A stretch of DNA of 64,000 nucleotides from assembly GCA_040400605.1 (NCBI GenBank), contig JBBAPZ010000015.1:29760-93759 (forward strand), read 5' to 3'. This DNA comes from Candidatus Sericytochromatia bacterium (GTDB taxonomy: Bacteria > Cyanobacteriota > Sericytochromatia > S15B-MN24 > JAQBPE01). Below are positions 58,284-64,000 of the stretch, piece by piece; the first letter of the stretch is position 1, and every line of letters begins with the position of its first letter. Position numbers and translations under genes: made by a program. The notes under the pieces were generated by a model that searched no databases, had not been told where the DNA came from, and saw only the letters and a list, made by a program, of their open reading frames with translations.

Positions 58284-59638
58284 TTCCCGTAACAACCCCG
58301 TTTCAGGTTTGGACCCGGGCCGCCTTTATGTCGGCCTGGCTGTGCGCTGTTGGCAGTTCTCCTGCTTGGGCAGCAGAAACCCCTTTGAGCTTGGCGGAGG
58401 TGGTCAGGCTCGCGCGTGACAACAGCCTTGCCGGGCAACTGGTGCGTGCCAATTTGAGGGTCAATCAAGCGGAGCGGGCAGTCACGGTGGCCAGCGCGTT
58501 TCCCACCCTGTCTGTGTCGACCCAAGCCAACTATCAGCAGTTGCCCGGGGCAATGGGTTCAGGCGGTGGGTTGGGTGGCTTTAGTCAGATCGTCGGCTTT
58601 CCGGCCACGGGGTCGAACATGGATACGACCATCAGTGCCAATCAGGTGATTTTTGATGCGTTTGCGACGCGGGATGCGTTGGCGATAATGGACGAGAATA
58701 TTGAAGCGACAAAACTGGCATTGGTTCAAGCGGAACAAGATGCGATGTTTACGGCATCGATGTCATTTTTTGAAGTCACACGTGCCGAGGGGTTGGCGCG
58801 GGTGGCGACCGAGGGTGTCAAACAGGCGCAACAACATTTGCAGCTTGGTGAATTGCGTAAGAAGAGCGGAGTGGGCACGCATTCCGAGGTGTTGCAGTTG
58901 CGCGCGCAGTTGGCCAATGCACAGGGGGTAATGACCCAGGCGCAGTCGGCGGTCAATACGGCGCGGCTCAATCTCAGCAATGCGATTAACGCCTCGGTGG
59001 GCGATCGCAAACTGGCGCCCGATGCCAACGTCCCCAGCGTTCCGGTCGCCAAGAACGTCCTTGATGTCGTCAACCGGCGGCCAGACGTGAAGCAACTCGC
59101 GGCGCGGCAACGCGCAGAAGAAGCGCGGGCCTCGCTGGAGAGCCGCGCGACGTGGCCCAACGTCACGCTCAACTCACGCTATGCCCAGCGTAACCTCAAC
59201 GACGGCCAGTTTTTGGCCGGCTTGAGTGTCAACTGGACGGTGTTTGACAGTTTCAAGGTGCGCAACAAGGTGGAGTCGGCCCAAAATGCGGCTGTCGCTT
59301 CAGGCATTCAACTGGAACAGGCACGCCAACGGGCGGCTTTGGATGTTCGGACCCAGATTCAGGCGCGTCAGGAAGCCCAAGCACGGTTGAAAATTGCCAT
59401 CGAAGGTCTGACTGCGGCACAAGAAGCTTATCGCCTCAGTCTCAAGCGCTTCGAAGTGGGCATGGGCACGGTGTTTGAGGTCACGGATGTCCAGGCGACC
59501 CTGACACAGGCCTTGCAAAACCACCTGCAGGCGTTGGGGGATCAACGCTTGGCGGAGCTGCGCCTGGCGCGCGCCCTCGGCTACAATCTGGCCGAATTGC
59601 TGCTGCCCTCCGCAATCAAAACCGCCTCGCAACAGTAA
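58280..59638 (+). CDS. TolC-family outer membrane efflux protein
   Basis: LSLAEVVRLARDNS, duplicated OEP halves (FPTLSV / WPNVTL), RRPDV and RFEVGMGTVFEV. Confidence 0.93.
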   Translation: MIPVTTPFQVWTRAAFMSAWLCAVGSSPAWAAETPLSLAEVVRLARDNSLAGQLVRANLRVNQAERAVTVASAFPTLSVSTQANYQQLPGAMGSGGGLGGFSQIVGFPATGSNMDTTISANQVIFDAFATRDALAIMDENIEATKLALVQAEQDAMFTASMSFFEVTRAEGLARVATEGVKQAQQHLQLGELRKKSGVGTHSEVLQLRAQLANAQGVMTQAQSAVNTARLNLSNAINASVGDRKLAPDANVPSVPVAKNVLDVVNRRPDVKQLAARQRAEEARASLESRATWPNVTLNSRYAQRNLNDGQFLAGLSVNWTVFDSFKVRNKVESAQNAAVASGIQLEQARQRAALDVRTQIQARQEAQARLKIAIEGLTAAQEAYRLSLKRFEVGMGTVFEVTDVQATLTQALQNHLQALGDQRLAELRLARALGYNLAELLLPSAIKTASQQ

Positions 59639-59643
59639 ACAAT

Positions 59644-60645
59644 TTACAAAAAGCGCTGCGCCATCCGAGCCAAGCCTCCCGGGGTTCGATGACCCACCAG
59701 GGCCCAGTGGAGGCCGCGGTGACGCCACACCAGTGTGGTTTCTCCAAGTCGCGAGTACGCCTGCCCCTGCCAGTTCCCATCAGACACAGAGACGGCCGGG
59801 CCCGTCAGAGTCAGGGGTTTGGTTCCCACAAACGCGGATACTGCGTTGAGGCCATCGTGGTAGTGCTGAACGAGCAAGCGGTTGCCTGAGGCGTCTTTGA
59901 GATGGCGCCAGGCATAGCGATGATAGCCGCTTGCAAGGCGCGACGGGCTGATGATGGTGACACCCGCCCACTGGGTAGGCGCGTTGTGGGTTGCACCGCG
60001 TTGCAGTTCCGCGATCGGTGTATGGGCTTCGCCAGCGGGCGGCAGCTTGAAGTCAAAGGCATCTGTGCGGGGTTTGATCCGTAAGGCAAGGCTTGTGAAG
60101 CGGGTGCGATCCAACACCTGACCATCCGATAACAAGCGTTCGGTGAGCAGGGGCAGTGCAGTGGCGAGATCCACCGACATGCGCCAGGTCAGATTATCCG
60201 GGTCCTTGGGGCGCCACAAACACAGCAAGACAGCACGTCCCAACGCTTTGCCCTGTCCCAGGACGACCAGGCGATAATTTCGCTCAAGCAGGGTAATCCG
60301 CTGCTCAAGCGGCGGTTCAGGGTCTGCCTGTGCCACCCGCACCCGTGAATCGGTGGCACTGACACGCCAGGTAATGTGCCTGGTTGAGACGGACACGTGC
60401 CTGACCCGTCCGTTTTTGCCAAGCCATTCCACGCGCGATCGCCCATCACTGGCGTGCCACACCCGCAAACGCTCAGGTGGCAAACCAGCAGCGGGGCGCT
60501 CAACCGAGATATCCGCCCGATAATCCCGCCCCGCCTGCGCCCGCACGAGGCGCTGGGCCGTCAACCAGCGTGCCTGCGCAGGCGGGGCGCACATCAGCGC
60601 GACAAGCACAATGCCAAGACCCAACCAGCCGCTTCGAGCGCTCAA
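59644..60645 (-). CDS. MucB/RseB-like periplasmic sigma-E regulatory protein
   Basis: TTG start overlapping the anti-sigma stop; signal peptide; LLERNY..LGR..VD..T.LPL and HYHDGLNAVSAF. Confidence 0.7.
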   Translation of the reverse strand: MSARSGWLGLGIVLVALMCAPPAQARWLTAQRLVRAQAGRDYRADISVERPAAGLPPERLRVWHASDGRSRVEWLGKNGRVRHVSVSTRHITWRVSATDSRVRVAQADPEPPLEQRITLLERNYRLVVLGQGKALGRAVLLCLWRPKDPDNLTWRMSVDLATALPLLTERLLSDGQVLDRTRFTSLALRIKPRTDAFDFKLPPAGEAHTPIAELQRGATHNAPTQWAGVTIISPSRLASGYHRYAWRHLKDASGNRLLVQHYHDGLNAVSAFVGTKPLTLTGPAVSVSDGNWQGQAYSRLGETTLVWRHRGLHWALVGHRTPGGLARMAQRFL

Positions 60646-61190
60646 GGCGCCTCCCCCATCTCCAGTGTGGAGAGCATCGGGCCCAGCAAGGTGGCTCCGC
60701 TCGCACGATATTGGGCACCCGCATGTTCCTGCAACAACCAAAGCGCCGGTGTCGCAGCCTCTTCACCAGCAGGCCACCAGTACCAGGCAAACAGTGCAAG
60801 CAGAAAAGCACCAACCACGGTGACAAGCAACCGCGGTATCCTGACAGCAGACCCCGGCACGGCCAGAGCCGGGGTAGCGCTTGCCTGTGCAGCGACTGAC
60901 ACGTCAGCTGGGTCAAAACGCCTGAGCGCAGACTGGTTGCCGGACTCAGGCTGAACGGGCGAGGCGCCTGCGCCGTCAAACAACCCGGCAACAGGCAGTG
61001 TGTCCGTGGCTGGTGCCCCGGTGCCGCCAAGCCACTCAGCAGCAGGCATCATGTCAACCACCGTGGCTGCGCAATCAGGACAGACACCGATATGACTTGC
61101 CACGGCTTGGGCGTCGGCGGCGGGCAAGCGACCGGTGACATAAACTGCGAGCAAGCGTCGGTAAGGCGCACAGGTCATGGCCGAACCCAT
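60642..61190 (-). CDS. Zinc-binding (zf-HC2/ZAS) membrane anti-sigma factor
   Basis: C...LL..Y..G.L...HIGVCPDC (HxxxCxxC), one TM and a short periplasmic tail. Confidence 0.8.
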   Translation of the reverse strand: MGSAMTCAPYRRLLAVYVTGRLPAADAQAVASHIGVCPDCAATVVDMMPAAEWLGGTGAPATDTLPVAGLFDGAGASPVQPESGNQSALRRFDPADVSVAAQASATPALAVPGSAVRIPRLLVTVVGAFLLALFAWYWWPAGEEAATPALWLLQEHAGAQYRASGATLLGPMLSTLEMGEAP

Positions 61191-61202
61191 CTGAAAGAAC
61201 GG

Positions 61203-61814
61203 CTATCGTTTGGTACCTGTTTCGGTACGCTCGACCTCGCGCGCAAGAATGATGGCATCGGCCACCTCACGAATGGGTTTGCGGCTGTTCATCGACAGTT
61301 TTTGAATCCGACGGAACGCCTCGGCTTCACTGAGACCGTGTTGCTCAATCAGGATACCCTTGGCTTTTTCGACCACTTTACGCGTTTCGAGAGCGTCTTT
61401 TAGGTCGGCCACTTCCTGACTCAATACATTCATTTCTTCGGCGCGGCTCATGGCTACCTCAATGGTGGGCATCAAGTCACCCTCCTTGATGGGTTTGACC
61501 AGATAGGCAAAAACCCCGAGACCCACGGCCTGCTCGACCAGTTCGGGTTGGGAATAAGCCGTCACCATCACAACGGGGATTCTGCGCTTGCCGCTGGCGT
61601 TAATCAAGCGCACCGCCTCAAGCCCATCCAGGTTCGGCATCTTGATATCCATCACAATGAGATCAGGGGCCAAACGTTCAGCCATTTCCACAGCCACCTT
61701 GCCATCCGTGGCTTCACCAATCACCGTGTGCCCATACTCCTCGAGCATCTCCTTGAGGTCCAAACGGATGATGGACTCATCATCCGCAATCACGATCCGC
61801 AGTTTCTTACTCAC
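61203..61814 (-). CDS. REC-ANTAR response regulator (PdtaR/EutV-like)
   Basis: Receiver motifs IADDE, MDIKMP, TA and KP; ANTAR motif LETRKVVEKAKGIL..SEAEAFRRIQKLSMN. Confidence 0.95.
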   Translation of the reverse strand: MSKKLRIVIADDESIIRLDLKEMLEEYGHTVIGEATDGKVAVEMAERLAPDLIVMDIKMPNLDGLEAVRLINASGKRRIPVVMVTAYSQPELVEQAVGLGVFAYLVKPIKEGDLMPTIEVAMSRAEEMNVLSQEVADLKDALETRKVVEKAKGILIEQHGLSEAEAFRRIQKLSMNSRKPIREVADAIILAREVERTETGTKR

Positions 61815-61965
61815 GCCCCGCTACCCTCCACACGCCCTGATTTGTCCCACCACCATCATCAAAAACTCGTACACACGATGATAACTTGATTTTAAGCGGC
61901 CGTCACCACCCCATCCAAAACCGATAAAGGTCCAGGATGGCACGCATGGGAGCCTCCCCTCCGGC

Positions 61966-63378
61966 CTATTGAGCGCTTGCCAAGGCTGCATCCAGTTCCT
62001 GTTGGCGGCGCGCACGTGTCCAGGGCCACCACGCCGACCGTCCCGCAGCAGCCAGGCGGACCCAGGACACAGGGTCTTCCAACAATGCCTGATGCCGCTT
62101 GGGGCTGAGGTGCCCGCGACGGGCGATCGCCTCGCGCACGGGCCACACGGGATCCCTCGCCAAATGCAGCGCCGCTTCACGACTCAAGCGCGGCAAATTG
62201 GCAATCTCCAGGCGTATCCGCGCGTAACGCGACAACACCAAATGATGCAACACCCGCATCCTGGCGCGCACCCTTTGCAAAATCTGGTGCTGCAAAGCCT
62301 CCGAAGCCTCAGCCAAAACCCAGACATACCACTCATCCGGTGCGCCCGGACGGTCCAACAAAGCCAGCTTCAAGCGCTCATCCGATGCGCGCACCACCTG
62401 CCGAACCACCTCATCCGCGATCACCGGCTGACGCAGCACCGTCAAACGCACCCCCTCTACCGGGTCCCCCAACAAATAAAGCCGCGTCGCCAGCCACGTG
62501 TCCGGGTGCGCCGCCACACGGCCCCGGATGCGGGCATCCCTCGAGCCCGCAAGCTCCGCCAGCACTGCCCCTTCCAATCGGGGTGCCATCAACATGACGT
62601 CTTGCACGGCGTATCCGGCGCCGCGACGCAACAAATGCACCATCGTGACCGCATCCATCAACCGATGGCGCACCGCCATCTGCCAGATGTCTTCGTCATG
62701 CCGGGACAACAACGCCGTAAACGCCACCACATCCAGACGCGGATGCCGCAACAGACAAAAAGCAAGTTCTGTGGATGCCCCTTGAGCCAAGTGCAGCAAC
62801 TCAGTCGCCGACAAACGCGGGTTCAAGGCGACCGCAATGCGATCCGCCTCGGCACCCGCCAACGCTTCCTTCAAACTCTCTGGGCTCAATGCCGGATGAC
62901 GCAACACCAACTCGCGCACCCGCCCATCACCAGCCAACAGCAACTCCTCAAGCAAAGCAGACGGCGTCAACGGATGTGTCGCCACCGCCTCCATCACCCC
63001 CACATCCCGCGACTTGACCAAAATTGACAACAGCGACGGCGTAATCTGAGGATGCGACGCCACCACCACCCGCGCTTCAGGCAACCCGGTGCGCGCCAGC
63101 AACTCGATCACCGAACGCGACAAATGCGGATTCCGCGCCAACGTCACCTGCACCGGGGCCAAACGGCTCTGCACCAGTTTAAACGCGGTCGCCTCATCCA
63201 ACAACGGACTGGCCGCCAACTGCAGCATCGACTCCTGCGTCAAGGGCGCAGGTGCAAACGTCACCGCGATCCCGCTTAAATCCGCATCGTGAATCTCGCG
63301 GGTCCCACGGTAGCGATCCACCCCCAACACCCGCTGCACAACCTGCTGCTGCTCCGTCAAAACCCCATCCTCAGCCAC
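61966..63378 (-). CDS. Leucine-rich-repeat-variant (LRV)/HEAT-like repeat protein
   Basis: Many units of about 24 aa of the type VR..VA.(N/H)P.(L/T)P...L..LA.D. Confidence 0.8.
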   Translation of the reverse strand: MAEDGVLTEQQQVVQRVLGVDRYRGTREIHDADLSGIAVTFAPAPLTQESMLQLAASPLLDEATAFKLVQSRLAPVQVTLARNPHLSRSVIELLARTGLPEARVVVASHPQITPSLLSILVKSRDVGVMEAVATHPLTPSALLEELLLAGDGRVRELVLRHPALSPESLKEALAGAEADRIAVALNPRLSATELLHLAQGASTELAFCLLRHPRLDVVAFTALLSRHDEDIWQMAVRHRLMDAVTMVHLLRRGAGYAVQDVMLMAPRLEGAVLAELAGSRDARIRGRVAAHPDTWLATRLYLLGDPVEGVRLTVLRQPVIADEVVRQVVRASDERLKLALLDRPGAPDEWYVWVLAEASEALQHQILQRVRARMRVLHHLVLSRYARIRLEIANLPRLSREAALHLARDPVWPVREAIARRGHLSPKRHQALLEDPVSWVRLAAAGRSAWWPWTRARRQQELDAALASAQ

Positions 63379-64000
63379 GTCTCATCAATCCATAAAATGA
63401 AACACAGGTTTCTGTTCAAAACTTGTGTCGCAAATTCAAAACCATCAGGCACTCACTTGTCTTAACCCAACAACAGCCAAAACCTGATTACCAGTAAACG
63501 CTTTCAATGTATGGCATAACAACGCAAAACCTTGAAAATCGAGCCACCCGAGACCAACTGACAAGACACCCCGGCTCAACGCCACGAAGCGATATGACAC
63601 CCACTTGCATTGCCTGCTGTACCACGATTGGCATCCCGAATTTACGTTTTCTTAAATCAACTATCGTGCTTTCTTAAAAAAACTTGCTCGGGTTATTGCA
63701 TGGACGGTTATCCTGGCCAGGTGATATACAAAATGGCTGTCAGACGGTCCTAGGCGAGTTGGCTGGTATTGTATATGAGCAAGTGCTTGCTGGATGTTTT
63801 TGCATTTGCTGCACAGGTTTTTGGCAACAACTGATGCGTCACGCTCTGGACTGATTGCCCACTGGATGGGGTCACTTGGGAGTGGCTTGACCTGGCGCGT
63901 TGCCGAAGATCCGGAAGCGTTTGCCGTGCGATTGCGATGGTTGTTTGAACGTGCGTGGTGCGAGATGAGGGGGGTTGATGGTGCGGCGAAGTTTGCGGGA

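Noticed and set aside
61815..61965. Possible ANTAR dual-hairpin target upstream of the ANTAR gene
   Set aside because: Some pairing exists (CCATCC/GGATGG), but I found no tandem hexaloop hairpins with G at loop positions 1 and 4.
63379..64000. Long right-end gap with a possible gene start at 63978 (GAGGGGG then ATG)
   Set aside because: Only about seven codons are inside the window, and no RNA gene motif was recognised in the gap.
1..64000. CRISPR arrays, IS elements, integrases, tRNA and rRNA genes
   Set aside because: No repeat-spacer array, transposase/integrase motif, cloverleaf or rRNA signature was seen on manual reading.

Overview
A bacterial chromosomal segment (roughly 55-60% GC by eye) dominated by two flagellar clusters with Firmicute-like gene order. 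The minus-strand cluster at 1.1-18.5 kb runs fliJ-fliK-flgD-(TIGR02530-like)-flgE-(second FliK-like)-(FlhB-like)-flbD-motAB-fliL-fliM-fliY-(orphan)-fliO-fliP-fliQ-fliR-flhB. The plus-strand cluster at 28.3-36.4 kb runs flaG-fliS-fliT-like, flgB-flgC-fliE-fliF-fliG-fliH-fliI. Between them lie the small SRP RNA, a DnaJ/CbpA, a Crp/Fnr regulator, an HtrA protease, rmlA-C-B and polA. The right third holds a clan GH-A lipoprotein, two B-box/TM/Ig paralogues, a zinc-uptake locus (ZnuB/C-like, a lipoprotein in place of ZnuA, a divergent ZIP, a Zur-like box), rmlD, RqcH/NFACT, a YqhH-like SNF2 ATPase with a very Cys-rich YqhG-like partner, an MFS, a MarR gene divergent from an Ig-repeat lipoprotein/OM barrel/TolC operon, and an ANTAR response regulator-anti-sigma-RseB string with no sigma factor. 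A truncated GH2 gene missing from the ORF track occupies the left edge. Firmicute-type flagella together with outer-membrane proteins and frequent GCGATCGC (HIP1) octamers suggest, by inference, a non-photosynthetic cyanobacterial relative such as Sericytochromatia. I saw no rRNA, tRNA, CRISPR array or mobile element. All calls come from motif recognition, not database searches.
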